Below, piece after piece: positions 39,883 to 49,652 of a DNA stretch of 51,125 nucleotides. The number at the start of each line of letters is the position of its first letter. Positions within the stretch are counted from its first letter, which is position 1. The stretch is from Chloroherpeton thalassium (GTDB lineage Bacteria; Bacteroidota; Ignavibacteria; Kapaibacteriales; UBA2268): assembly GCA_020722095.1 (NCBI GenBank), contig DYLM01000006.1, forward strand, positions 1 through 51,125. Direction: 5' to 3'. Position numbers and translations under genes: made by a program. The notes beneath the pieces are model-generated. The model made no database searches. It was not told where the DNA came from and saw only the letters and a list, made by a program, of their open reading frames with translations.

Positions 39883-40737
39883 TTAATCAGAACCCAATAT
39901 TATTGAGATATGATCTTGAATTTCTGACGCAAATTTATTTATATTTGATGTAAAAAATTCTTCATTCAAGTTTAATTGTTCCCAAACTATTTTATTCGGT
40001 TGCTGAACAAATTTTCTTCCATCAGAACCAAAACCTAAAAGGATCGCAACAATATCAGCAATATGGACAGCAGCTACATTTAGATTAATTTTATCATTTG
40101 AAGTGCCGTGATTGTGATATTTGATAATATCAATTAGCTGAATAGGTAGTTTCCATTTTTGAGCAAGCATTTCGCCTGCTATCGGACTTGATATTCCAAA
40201 AACTTTTCTTTCTGCATCATTTAATGAATATTTTTCATTAATGTGAAGTTCAATCACCTTCCCGTATTCATTCTGTAGAGTTATGTAAAACATCAATCTG
40301 CCAATATTATGCAAAATTCCACCTAAAAAAAGAGTTCCCGAATTAGATATACCAATGCTTGAACCAATAAAGCGAGCAATTACCCCAGTTGCTATTGAGT
40401 GTTCCCAAAAGTCCTTTGGTGTGATAAGATTAATGTTTGTGGTATGATTATGGAAAACACTAATTATTTTAAGCGACAACAATAAATTCTTTACTTCTTC
40501 TATTCCTAAATATATTATTGATTGGTGAACTGAGGAAACTCTGTTTCTGAATCCAAAAATTGGTGAGTTAGCAAGTTTTAGCAATTTACTTACAGATGCT
40601 GTATCATTTTCAATTATTTTTGTAATATAATTAATATTTACATCTGGATTAGACATAGCTTCGTTAAGCTGCAAATATATTGAAGGTAAAGTAGGAAACT
40701 CACGTATAGAATCAACAATTGTGTCTAATGTTTTCAT
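39883..40737 (-). CDS. Stand-alone HDOD domain protein
   Basis: FPTLPSI, D.....KLLKLANSP.FG, SV.Q.I.YLG, FWEHS, LHNIG, W.LP....II.YH. Confidence 0.92.
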   Translation of the reverse strand: MKTLDTIVDSIREFPTLPSIYLQLNEAMSNPDVNINYITKIIENDTASVSKLLKLANSPIFGFRNRVSSVHQSIIYLGIEEVKNLLLSLKIISVFHNHTTNINLITPKDFWEHSIATGVIARFIGSSIGISNSGTLFLGGILHNIGRLMFYITLQNEYGKVIELHINEKYSLNDAERKVFGISSPIAGEMLAQKWKLPIQLIDIIKYHNHGTSNDKINLNVAAVHIADIVAILLGFGSDGRKFVQQPNKIVWEQLNLNEEFFTSNINKFASEIQDHISIILGSD

Positions 40738-41099
40738 TTTTCCTCCTTAACCAAATTTAATAATTCTTTTAATTCAGGAAACTTATTTTTATTATTTAGA
40801 TAATATATTGTCGTAGCTTTAAGCAAATCATTCTCTATTGCAAAGGAAGGAACCCAAAGTAATTTTGATAAAACATAATTATATGCAATTTGATAATCGT
40901 CCTCGCTATAAGCACTTACTTCATCGCTATCTTCTATAATCACACTTACATAAGTAATATGCCAACGAGCAAGCATAGTTTTATGAAAATCAGTTAAAAG
41001 CACCCCACTTGGAATTAGTATCTGCGAAAACTGATTTAAAATTGGCTCGGATAATATCATCCCTTCTTCAATTTTTCCTATTGGAATTATTTTATTCAT
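40734..41099 (-). CDS. Small hypothetical protein resembling the N-terminal domain of HD-GYP proteins
   Basis: IEEGMILSEPILN....LIPSGV.LT.....L..W.I; 4-bp overlaps with surE and the HDOD gene. Confidence 0.65.
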   Translation of the reverse strand: MNKIIPIGKIEEGMILSEPILNQFSQILIPSGVLLTDFHKTMLARWHITYVSVIIEDSDEVSAYSEDDYQIAYNYVLSKLLWVPSFAIENDLLKATTIYYLNNKNKFPELKELLNLVKEEK

Positions 41100-41863
41100 T
41101 TGCCTTCAAAGTTTTTAAATTCGTCAAAACTATCAAAATTTGTCAATTGGTATTTTATTGGTGTAATCGCCACATAACCATTTTTTACTGCAATATCATC
41201 ATTTATCAATTCATCTTCAGATTGGAAATACTCTCCCGAAAACCAATAATATTCCTTATTAAATGGATCTTTGCGTTTTTCGTAAAAATCTTTCCAATAT
41301 CCGCTTCCTACTTGTGTTAGCTTAATACCTTTTATCTCGTTTGAAGGAATTGCAGGAATATTGACATTTAAAAATGTATGTTCGGGAAACTTTTGGTTCA
41401 ATGCTTTTTTTATTATTTGCAACGCATATTCAGCAGCAGTTTCCGTCTCAAATTCCCAACTATGACTACATACCGAGAAAGCAATTGAATTAATACCAAA
41501 TAACATACCTTCTGTACTAGCAGATACCGTGCCAGAATATAAAATGTTGATAGCAGTATTTTGACCGTGATTTATACCCGAAATAACCAAATCGGGCGTT
41601 CTATCCAAAAGTGAAGTCAATGCAATTTTCACACAATCCGATGGAGTGCCGTTAACGGCATATCCAAGAAATTCTCCGTTTTTCGTAAATTTTGTTACTC
41701 TCAAAGGTTGATTAATTGTAAGTGAATGTCCAACTGCACTTTGTTCTCTATCTGGCGCCACAACCACAACTTCAGCAACTTGCCTTGCTGCCATTGTTAG
41801 TGCATATAGCCCGGGGGAGTTTATCCCATCGTCATTTGAAACTAAAATTAGTGGCTTTTGCAT
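41096..41863 (-). CDS. surE: 5'/3'-nucleotidase SurE
   Basis: ILVSNDDGI.SPG, VVAPDREQSAVGHSLT, GTPSDCV, SGINHG.N....LYSGTV. Confidence 0.97.
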   Translation of the reverse strand: MQKPLILVSNDDGINSPGLYALTMAARQVAEVVVVAPDREQSAVGHSLTINQPLRVTKFTKNGEFLGYAVNGTPSDCVKIALTSLLDRTPDLVISGINHGQNTAINILYSGTVSASTEGMLFGINSIAFSVCSHSWEFETETAAEYALQIIKKALNQKFPEHTFLNVNIPAIPSNEIKGIKLTQVGSGYWKDFYEKRKDPFNKEYYWFSGEYFQSEDELINDDIAVKNGYVAITPIKYQLTNFDSFDEFKNFEGK

Positions 41864-41892
41864 ATATTTTTCAAATTTTATTAGAATTTATT

Positions 41893-43260
41893 TTATCTTG
41901 TAATGTCATTATAAATTACAAATACCATAAGAAGAAGCAACAATACAACTCCACTTTGTTGAATTGCCATTTTAATTTTTGGCGATACTTCTCGGCGTAA
42001 AAATGCTTCTATTATTACAAAAACCAAATGACCGCCATCTAATGCTGGCAATGGAAATATATTGATTACAGCCAATGTAACCGATAATAATGCAATGAAG
42101 TTAAGAAAACTAAGCAGTCCCATCTCGGCTTGTTGAGTGGCTTGCTTTGCAATCATAATTGGTCCGCCAACGGATTCCTTGAATGACAAATTACCATTAA
42201 AGATTTGTCCCATCGAACCCAAAAACACGTAAATTGAATTCATAGATTCATCAAATCCGATAGCAATTGATTGAAATATATTATATTTAATAGTTTCCAT
42301 CTTGCCAATTATTGCCGAGCCTAAGGCAACTCCGATTTTTCCATCATTATTTGGAGTGGTTGCAATGCTCAATATGGAATCTTGCCTTTTAACTTTAATT
42401 ACAATTTCTTTACCTTTATTCTCTTTGATTAACGAAGAAAATTGAGTAGGTCCATAAACTTTTTCGTCATTCACATAAAGCACTGAGTCGTATTTTTTTA
42501 AACCAGATTTGCCAGCTGGTTTTAGAGTTTCAACCATTTGGAATACTACACGAATCCCATCAGGCTCCATTCCAAGTGGTTTTTGGTCGGCAATAGCACG
42601 GATAATCTTCTTGCCATCACCATTTAAAGTAACAATTTCTCCGGCTCTTTGCACTTGGATTTCCTTCACTTTTCCCATCTGCTTGAAAGTTAAGTATTCC
42701 ATTGCTTGATTCCACGAACCAATTTCGGTGTAGTTTATTCGTAATATTTTATCTTGTGCTTGAAAACCTATATCGGCAGCAATCGATTTGGGAGCTACCC
42801 AACCAATTTCAGTTGTTTTTAGAAATGATTTACCTTGAGTGAATGCCATTATTCCAAAAATTGCTATCGCCAAAACAAAATTCATCACTACGCCAGCAAT
42901 TAGAACAATAAACTTTTGCCAAGCTTTTTTAGAACGAAATTCATAGGGTTGAGGTGGCTTGTTGATATAATCTTTGTCCATACTTTCGTCAATCATACCA
43001 GCAATTTTCACATATCCACCGATTGGTAAAATTGAAAGTCTGTATTCTGTATCGTCATCGTATTCATAATCTTCGGGTAATTTACCAAAAGTAAAACCAG
43101 ATCTTTTGTGATAGCCAAATAGTCGTGGTCCCATACCAATAGAAAAAACTTCTGCTCTCATTCCCATCAATTTGGCAGCAATAAAATGCCCCCACTCGTG
43201 AACCAAAACTAAAATTCCAAGAACTACAATAAAGTAAAATGTGCTTAATAAAAAATCCAT
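41893..43260 (-). CDS. rseP: RIP metalloprotease RseP (two PDZ domains)
   Basis: HEWGH, FSIGMGP, PIGGYVK, AGV.MN, NIFPLPALDGGH. Confidence 0.96.
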   Translation of the reverse strand: MDFLLSTFYFIVVLGILVLVHEWGHFIAAKLMGMRAEVFSIGMGPRLFGYHKRSGFTFGKLPEDYEYDDDTEYRLSILPIGGYVKIAGMIDESMDKDYINKPPQPYEFRSKKAWQKFIVLIAGVVMNFVLAIAIFGIMAFTQGKSFLKTTEIGWVAPKSIAADIGFQAQDKILRINYTEIGSWNQAMEYLTFKQMGKVKEIQVQRAGEIVTLNGDGKKIIRAIADQKPLGMEPDGIRVVFQMVETLKPAGKSGLKKYDSVLYVNDEKVYGPTQFSSLIKENKGKEIVIKVKRQDSILSIATTPNNDGKIGVALGSAIIGKMETIKYNIFQSIAIGFDESMNSIYVFLGSMGQIFNGNLSFKESVGGPIMIAKQATQQAEMGLLSFLNFIALLSVTLAVINIFPLPALDGGHLVFVIIEAFLRREVSPKIKMAIQQSGVVLLLLLMVFVIYNDITR

Positions 43261-43356
43261 ATAAGTAATGCTATTTTGCTTAAAAAAAATATTTAAAGAT
43301 AAACGAATTAATTAAATAAAAAGTATAATTATAAATAAACTTTTTAAATTAATTAG

Positions 43357-43394
43357 AATTTGAAAATTTGAGAATTTGAGAATTGCTGATTGTC
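43357..43394. repeat. Degenerate 8-bp tandem repeat
   Basis: gaatttga-aaatttga-gaatttga-gaattgct-gattgt. Confidence 0.55.
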
Positions 43395-43558
43395 AGAGAC
43401 TATCTCATAATTTGATTCTTTGGAAATTATTAAAGATAAAATTATTTAATAAAAATTATTTGAAAACCTTATTGAACCTAATAACCTTAGTAGAAAAAAA
43501 TGAACCAAACCAAACCAATAACCTTATTTCCTAATTTTTTGAATTAAATAAATGGTTA
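43395..43558. repeat. ~160-bp dispersed element, inverted copy of 10611-10769
   Basis: Starts agagactatctcataa (14/16 to agaggctgtctcataa); internal aaccttatt/aacctaataaccttag motifs shared with 10611-10769. Confidence 0.85.
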
Positions 43559-43587
43559 ATATATGTGGTGTAATATTTTTATTAGAA

Positions 43588-43681
43588 CCTCTCCCTAACC
43601 CTCTCACCGAGAGGGATTTTGCATTGCAGAGCAATCTATGCCCCTACAAATTCACCCAACGCCCAGCACCCAACTCCCGAC
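43588..43681. repeat. Cluster of short REP-like motifs and heptamer repeats
   Basis: cctctccctaa-ccctctc-acc-gagaggg hairpin; tgcccctaca; cacccaa-cgcccag-cacccaa-ctcccga. Confidence 0.55.
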
Positions 43682-43687
43682 ATAGAC

Positions 43688-45355
43688 TTACAAATAGTCA
43701 CTTGTGATGTCTTTCTGTTGTCGGATTGAATAAAATTTAAACTTGTTTGAAGTTAATTTGGTAGTTATCCTCAAGTTTATCTTGACTCCATATTTAATCA
43801 TCAATTTGTTCAAGTTTGTTATGTCGTCCCCATAAGTAATATATTCTGCCAAACTTGGATTAACAAACAACACAAGTCGGTTTTCTTGATTTGAAATTTT
43901 AAATTTCTTTATCCAATTTTCAATAGTATTGAAAGTAATAAATTTTGATTGTATCTTGCCAGTGCCTTCGCATACAGGACATAAGTCCATTGTTTTTTCT
44001 TCGGCATTCTGATTTACTCTTTGCCGAGTTATTTGCATCAAACAGAGTTGAGTGAGCGGGAAAACGACAACTTTAGCTTTATCAAGAGCCATTTCGCGCT
44101 TCATTTCGTAATAAATCCTACGGCGATGTGCATCATTTTGCATATCAATAAAGTCAATTAATATAATTCCACCGATATCACGCAATCTAATTTGCTTGGC
44201 AATTTCTCGGGCAGCTTCGCTATTGGTCATAAATGAAAGATTTTCTTGCTCTTTTTCTTTGGTACGTCCGCTATTAACATCAACTACAGTCATTGCTTCA
44301 GTTCTATCAAATATTATGTAGCCTCCATTCTTTAGGCTTACTCGACTTTGATAGATTCTATCAATTTCCTTTTGGATGCCAAAAAACTCAAAAATTGGTA
44401 AATTGCCTTGATAAAGTTCAACTTGTTCTGCTAATTTTTTAGAATTTTTTGATAAATAATGAGTAATTTCTTTGTAAAGTTTGTTGGAATTAGTAACAAG
44501 CCTTGAAATACTTGAATTGAAATGATCCCGAACCACACTTTTTGCCAATTCCATATCTTGATAAACTAATTTGGGCGAAGTAGCGTTGGAAATCTTCTGT
44601 TTAATCTCATTCCAAATACTAATAATTTCATTGCAATCATTTGTGATATCCTCGTCACTTTTATTTTCGGATTCTGTCCTGATTATAAATCCAAAATCTT
44701 TAGGAAAATGGCTACGGGCAATCTTCTTTAAACGCACTCTTTCTTTGGAATTGATTATTTTTTTGGATATTCCAATATTTTTGGAGAATGGGAATAAAAC
44801 GATATATCGTCCTGGAATACCAATTTTGGTTGTTACACGCACACCTTTATTAGAGTATGCTTCGCGTATAATTTGAACTAAAATAAATTGTCCTTCGGAT
44901 AAGTTTAACGATATTTCACCTGATGATTTAGTATGGAAACTTGCTTCCGACTTGATAATTGTTGCTTTCCCTTGAATTCGTAGTGCTTCGTTACTTATTT
45001 CATTTTCTACATCATCGTCAGTATCAGATTCGTCACTAATTGTTTCTTCGGGTTCAATTTTCTGATTCTTACTTTGTTTTTTGCCTTTTGGGTCATTTTT
45101 TGGATTTTGTTGGTGCTTGGTCTCAAGAGTTTCGTCAATATCGGAAAAGTGTAAAAAAGCATCTTGTTCTGTGCCGATGTCCACAAAAGCCGCATTTATA
45201 CCTGGTAAAATTTTTGTTACTTTGCCCAGATAAATATTTCCAAGAGATTTTTCTTTTTCGGGATTTTCAAAATATATTTCGGAAAGAGAACCATCAGTAG
45301 TAACAGCAATTTGAATATCATTCAACCGATGGTAAATAATTATTTCTTTATTCAT
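43688..45355 (-). CDS. Ribonuclease E/G family (Rne/Rng; start probably ATG at 45355)
   Basis: GNIYLGKV..ILPG.NAAFVDIG...DAFLH, TEAMTVVDVNSG, QIRLRDIGGII.IDFIDM, CP.C.GTG. Confidence 0.95.
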   Translation of the reverse strand: MNKEIIIYHRLNDIQIAVTTDGSLSEIYFENPEKEKSLGNIYLGKVTKILPGINAAFVDIGTEQDAFLHFSDIDETLETKHQQNPKNDPKGKKQSKNQKIEPEETISDESDTDDDVENEISNEALRIQGKATIIKSEASFHTKSSGEISLNLSEGQFILVQIIREAYSNKGVRVTTKIGIPGRYIVLFPFSKNIGISKKIINSKERVRLKKIARSHFPKDFGFIIRTESENKSDEDITNDCNEIISIWNEIKQKISNATSPKLVYQDMELAKSVVRDHFNSSISRLVTNSNKLYKEITHYLSKNSKKLAEQVELYQGNLPIFEFFGIQKEIDRIYQSRVSLKNGGYIIFDRTEAMTVVDVNSGRTKEKEQENLSFMTNSEAAREIAKQIRLRDIGGIILIDFIDMQNDAHRRRIYYEMKREMALDKAKVVVFPLTQLCLMQITRQRVNQNAEEKTMDLCPVCEGTGKIQSKFITFNTIENWIKKFKISNQENRLVLFVNPSLAEYITYGDDITNLNKLMIKYGVKINLRITTKLTSNKFKFYSIRQQKDITSDYL

Positions 45356-45456
45356 TTGCAAATATTTAAAATCTTAATACTAAATGAAAATATTGAATTT
45401 TACAATTTTCAATAATGCAAAATACACATTTAGAATTACAAATCAGTCAAAAAAAA

Positions 45457-45551
45457 GGCCAAGTTTGCCATATACATTAAATTAGAACTGACCGTTGCTT
45501 CCTTCCAGACCTGGCGGGGTTGGGTTAAATTTAATTATATGGGACTTGACC
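45457..45551 (-). ncRNA. ffs: Signal recognition particle RNA (small bacterial type)
   Basis: Minus strand ggtcaagt...ccgccaggtctggaaggaagcaacgg...acttggcc: domain IV CAGG/GGAA/AGCA motif in a long hairpin, followed by a U-run. Confidence 0.93.
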
Positions 45552-45556
45552 GAATT

Positions 45557-45564
45557 CAAAATTA
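45557..45564 (-). promoter_or_regulatory. Bacteroidota-type -7 promoter element for ffs
   Basis: taattttg (TAnnTTTG) ending 5 nt upstream of the predicted SRP RNA 5' end. Confidence 0.65.
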
Positions 45565-45842
45565 CGGAAAAAATCATAAATAACAATAATAAACAGAAAA
45601 TTAACTTAACAATTTATTAATTCATAAGAAAAATTTAGTTAGTTTTTTGGAAAGAGGAGGTAGTCAAATAAGTTAGATTTTTGATTTTTTCACATCATTT
45701 TATGTACATTCGTAGGCGTTGAATCTCCAACCTCTTTGATAAGGGATTCAATTTTAGTGCAAAAGACGAATGCCATTTTTAGCTTCTCACCCATTTTTTA
45801 TCCTTAATTATTAAATAAATTTGTTATTTGATAGAAAAAAGT

Positions 45843-45850
45843 TAAATTTG
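45843..45850 (+). promoter_or_regulatory. Candidate -7 promoter element for secDF
   Basis: taaatttg (TAnnTTTG) about 50 nt upstream of the TTG start; ggaggt RBS at 45891-45896. Confidence 0.45.
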
Positions 45851-45901
45851 TAGTTCGTAAAAAAATGAAAATTAATTTTTAGGATATATTGGAGGTACTC
45901 T

Positions 45902-48010
45902 TTGAAAAAGGTATTAGGCAAAATTATATTGGTTGCGATAACGCTGATAGCTGCACTTGCTATGCTGTATCCAACTTATAAAGCCAACAATTTAGAAAAA
46001 ATCCAAAAAGAATACTTGGCAAAAGCAAAACAAGCCAAGAATTCTTCCGATTCGCTTGCTGTTATTGAAGCATTCCAAAAGCAATATGGCGAAGCTTTGA
46101 TGAAAGCAAAAAATTCACAATTGAAGTTAGGCTTGGATTTACGCGGTGGTATGTACGTTACTTTAGAAGTGGATGTAGCAAAGTTAATCGAAGAAACTGC
46201 AACAAAACAATATGTTGACGACACTTTTATGCAAGTTGTTGAGAAAACAGCTGCCGAAGCTCGCAACACAGAAGATGATGTTATCGACATTTTCTTGAAA
46301 AATTTCAACGCTATTGCTCGTCCAAAAGGCAAATCACTTATTTCTTACTTTGACTTTGGTAATGTTCGTGATTTGAGTGAAGAAAAAATCATCGAGAAAT
46401 TACGCAACGACCAAAAACAAGCAATCGACCAAGCATTAGAAGTATTGCGTCAACGTATTGACCAATATGGTGTTGCAGAACCAAACATTCAAAAGCAAGG
46501 TGCAACTCGTATTGTTATGGAATTGCCAGGTGTTTCAAATGTTGCAGATATGAGAAGTTTGCTCTCTACTACTGCTCGTTTGGAGTTCAAATTAGTTAAA
46601 AACAATCGTCAAATTGTAGAATTTTTCTACCGCGTGGATAATTTACTTAAAGGTAAATTAGAGCCAGTTGTCGCTGCTACTGATACAGCAAAAGTAGATA
46701 CAAACAAAGTAGCAAAAGCTGACAAAACAAAAACTACAGCAAAAGTAGATACAACAAAGAAAAAAACTGATTCAACAAAAGTAGCAGCTGATACAACTAA
46801 AAAATCAGATACTACAGACCCTTATGCTGGCTTGCCAAAAGAAGAAGCTGCAAAGAAGTACTTATCTGACCATCCTTTTACAAGATTATTTACAACATAT
46901 TATATGCCTCCACAGAAGAATGCTAATGTAGTGCCTATTTACTACACAGTAAATCAGTTCCCAGAAGGCGAATATATGTTTAAAATTATGGAAGATTCAT
47001 TACCACGCTTCAAAGAAATTATGAATCGTCCCGAAGTAAAAGCTTTGATGCCCGCTGAGTTGGCTATTGCATTTGATGCTAAACCAGACCCAAGATTTGT
47101 GGAACAAAATATCAATGTATTTGATTTTTATTCATTAAAGAAAGAGCCAGAATTAACTGGTGAAGTAATTGTAGATGCTTTGGCTACTTACGATCCATCA
47201 AGCAATTTGCCTGTTGTTACAATGGCAATGAATGCTGATGGTGCCGAAAGATGGAGCAAGATTACTGGTGCTAATTTAAACAAGAGAATTGCAATTGTAT
47301 TGGACGATAGAGTTTATTCAGCTCCAAATGTACAAAGCAAGATAACGGGCGGTAATTCGCAAATTTCTGGTATGAGTAGTCCCGAAGAAGCAAGATTATT
47401 AGAAATCGTATTAAAAGCGGGTGCATTAAAAGCTCCAGTAGAAATTATAGAAGAGAGAATAGTTGGTCCATCACTTGGTGAAGACTCAATCCGCAATGGT
47501 ATAACCGCAAGTGTAATCGCAGTGATTTTAGTTGTTCTTTATATGGCAATGTATTATTCCACTGGTGGTGTTTATGCAGACATCGCAGTTGTTTTAAACA
47601 TTGTATTAATATTAGGCATTTTAGCTTCGCTTGGCGGAACTTTAAGTTTGCCTGGTATAGCTGGTATCATCTTAACGCTCGGTATGGCGGTGGATGCCAA
47701 CGTGCTTATTTACGAGCGTATTAGAGAAGAGTTGCACAAAGGACGCAGCTTCAAGTCGGCTTTAGATGAAGGTTTCAGTAAAGCATTAAGCGCCATTTTG
47801 GACTCCAACATCACAACCTTCATCACTGGTTTGATTTTATTCTATTTGGGTAGCGGACCTATTCAAGGTTTTGCTTTAACTTTGATGATTGGTATTTTGA
47901 TGACTTTATTCACAGCGATATTAATTACAAGAGCATTGATAGATATTACTTTAAATGCAGGTAAGGACACAATTAGCTTTGGCGAAAAGAAAATTAAAAC
48001 AATTAAATAA
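45902..48010 (+). CDS. secD: Protein translocase subunit SecD
   Basis: LGLDLRGG, RIDQYGVAEP.IQ, AIVLD, L.AGAL.AP, VGPSLG.DSI, TLSLPGIAG..LT.GMAVDANVLIYERIREE. Confidence 0.97.
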   Translation: MKKVLGKIILVAITLIAALAMLYPTYKANNLEKIQKEYLAKAKQAKNSSDSLAVIEAFQKQYGEALMKAKNSQLKLGLDLRGGMYVTLEVDVAKLIEETATKQYVDDTFMQVVEKTAAEARNTEDDVIDIFLKNFNAIARPKGKSLISYFDFGNVRDLSEEKIIEKLRNDQKQAIDQALEVLRQRIDQYGVAEPNIQKQGATRIVMELPGVSNVADMRSLLSTTARLEFKLVKNNRQIVEFFYRVDNLLKGKLEPVVAATDTAKVDTNKVAKADKTKTTAKVDTTKKKTDSTKVAADTTKKSDTTDPYAGLPKEEAAKKYLSDHPFTRLFTTYYMPPQKNANVVPIYYTVNQFPEGEYMFKIMEDSLPRFKEIMNRPEVKALMPAELAIAFDAKPDPRFVEQNINVFDFYSLKKEPELTGEVIVDALATYDPSSNLPVVTMAMNADGAERWSKITGANLNKRIAIVLDDRVYSAPNVQSKITGGNSQISGMSSPEEARLLEIVLKAGALKAPVEIIEERIVGPSLGEDSIRNGITASVIAVILVVLYMAMYYSTGGVYADIAVVLNIVLILGILASLGGTLSLPGIAGIILTLGMAVDANVLIYERIREELHKGRSFKSALDEGFSKALSAILDSNITTFITGLILFYLGSGPIQGFALTLMIGILMTLFTAILITRALIDITLNAGKDTISFGEKKIKTIK

Positions 48011-48022
48011 GGAAAGAAAGAT

Positions 48023-48967
48023 ATGCAATTATTCGATAAAACAAATATAGATTTCGTATCACTCCGTAAAGTATTCATTAATATTTCAGGGTTAATTTTA
48101 ATCTTGGGTGTTGTTGTTGCTTTTATCTTCCCTCCAGAATTCGGTATCGATTATACTGGTGGTTCGGAAGTGGCTGTTAAATTCAGCAAAAATGTATCAA
48201 CAGATGAGTTGAGAAATGTTATTTCTAATGCTGGATTGAAAAATGCAGAAATTAAATCCTTCGGCGAGGATAATCAATACTTGATTCGTGTTAAAGAATT
48301 TGGTGATGTTCAAATTAAAATTGAATCTGCATTAAGCAAAATTACCAATAATACATTCACAATTCTGAAAGTAGATAAAATTGGAGCAAAAATCGGTGGC
48401 GAAATGCGTATGCAAGCCTTTTTTGCAATCATTTTAGCAATCATAGCTATGCTTATTTACATTGGTTTCCGCTTTGAGTTTGCCTTCGGTTTGGGTGCTA
48501 TGATTGCGTTAGTTCACGATGTTTTCGTAGCCATCACATTCATTATGGTATTCAATGCTTTAGGAATAATGGACTTGGAAATTAATCAATCATTGCTCGC
48601 TGCATTGCTGACCGTTGTGGGTTATTCTGTGAATGATACCGTGATTGTGTTTGACCGCGTTCGTGAAAATCGCGAACTGCACAAAGGTATGAACTTTATT
48701 AAATTGATAAATTTAAGCATCAACGAAACACTCAGCAGAACCGTAAATACGGTGATGACGGTGGTTATCACTTTGGTTGTATTGTTGATATTTGGTGGTC
48801 CAGTTCTTATGGGATTTGCCTTCACTTTATTAGTTGGTATCTTGGTTGGAACATATTCATCAGTTTATATTGCAAGTAATTTCGTAATTTGGTATTTTGA
48901 GAAAATCAAAAAACAAGATTTAGAAACAGGCTGGATTAACGAAAAAAATAAAGTTAAAACAGCATAA
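48023..48967 (+). CDS. secF: Protein translocase subunit SecF
   Basis: GIDYTGG, YIGFRF, ALVHD, LTVVGYSVNDTVIVFDRVRE, SINETLSRT, GTYSS. Confidence 0.97.
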   Translation: MQLFDKTNIDFVSLRKVFINISGLILILGVVVAFIFPPEFGIDYTGGSEVAVKFSKNVSTDELRNVISNAGLKNAEIKSFGEDNQYLIRVKEFGDVQIKIESALSKITNNTFTILKVDKIGAKIGGEMRMQAFFAIILAIIAMLIYIGFRFEFAFGLGAMIALVHDVFVAITFIMVFNALGIMDLEINQSLLAALLTVVGYSVNDTVIVFDRVRENRELHKGMNFIKLINLSINETLSRTVNTVMTVVITLVVLLIFGGPVLMGFAFTLLVGILVGTYSSVYIASNFVIWYFEKIKKQDLETGWINEKNKVKTA

Positions 48968-48969
48968 AA

Positions 48970-49108
48970 AAGACTATCTTATAAATCAGTTAAATGAGAG
49001 AATTGTCATTCCTATGAAAACGAGTTATGATACTTGCCCCTTCTAACAAGAGGGGGGCAGGGGGTGTGTTAAGTGGGAATGCCAACCAATTTGACTATAA
49101 GTTTCTCG
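48970..49108. repeat. Degenerate copy of the 13674-13806 element interrupted by a C/G-tract hairpin
   Basis: agactatcttataaatcagtt ~ aggctgtctcataagtcagtt; tgtcattcctatgaaa...aagtgggaat split by tgccccttct-aaca-agaggggggca. Confidence 0.6.
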
Positions 49109-49140
49109 TAGTTTATTTGTTCATAATTTAAATAGTCCAA

Positions 49141-49503
49141 ATGGAAAATACAAATATTAAATACGAAATATTAGATAATTCTCGGGGCATAGCATTAGTT
49201 TATGCTCCCGAGAAACTTATCGGTGGACGCGAGGCATTTGACTTTGCATCTATCACAAATTTACACGCCCAATTGAATCCTCATTCCGAATTCACTCTTC
49301 AACAACTAATTCTCGACTTAAGTAAAGTAATTGCTTTGAATAGTAGTGGCTTGGGTTCATTAGTAGCACTCCACCGTGAATTAACTGCCAAAAATATTGA
49401 TTTTGCAATATTTAATCCATCAGCAAAAGTGCAAGAAATCTTGAAAATCACTCGATTAGACCAGGTGTTTAAAATTGTAGATAGTCTCGATAATCTAAAA
49501 TAA
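49141..49503 (+). CDS. STAS-domain anti-sigma-factor antagonist
   Basis: LILDLSKV..LNSSGLGSLV, V..IL.ITRL..VF. Confidence 0.9.
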   Translation: MENTNIKYEILDNSRGIALVYAPEKLIGGREAFDFASITNLHAQLNPHSEFTLQQLILDLSKVIALNSSGLGSLVALHRELTAKNIDFAIFNPSAKVQEILKITRLDQVFKIVDSLDNLK

Positions 49504-49652
49504 ATTTTTCAATCTTTTTAAGAATTGCAAATTTTAAAGTCCTTAAAAGATAGTAAAAAATATTAAAAAATACCTAAAATTAGGTAATTTGTTGTTTATA
49601 TAATTATGGTATTTTTGTGTTTGATAATTTTAATAAAACAAAAATATATAAA

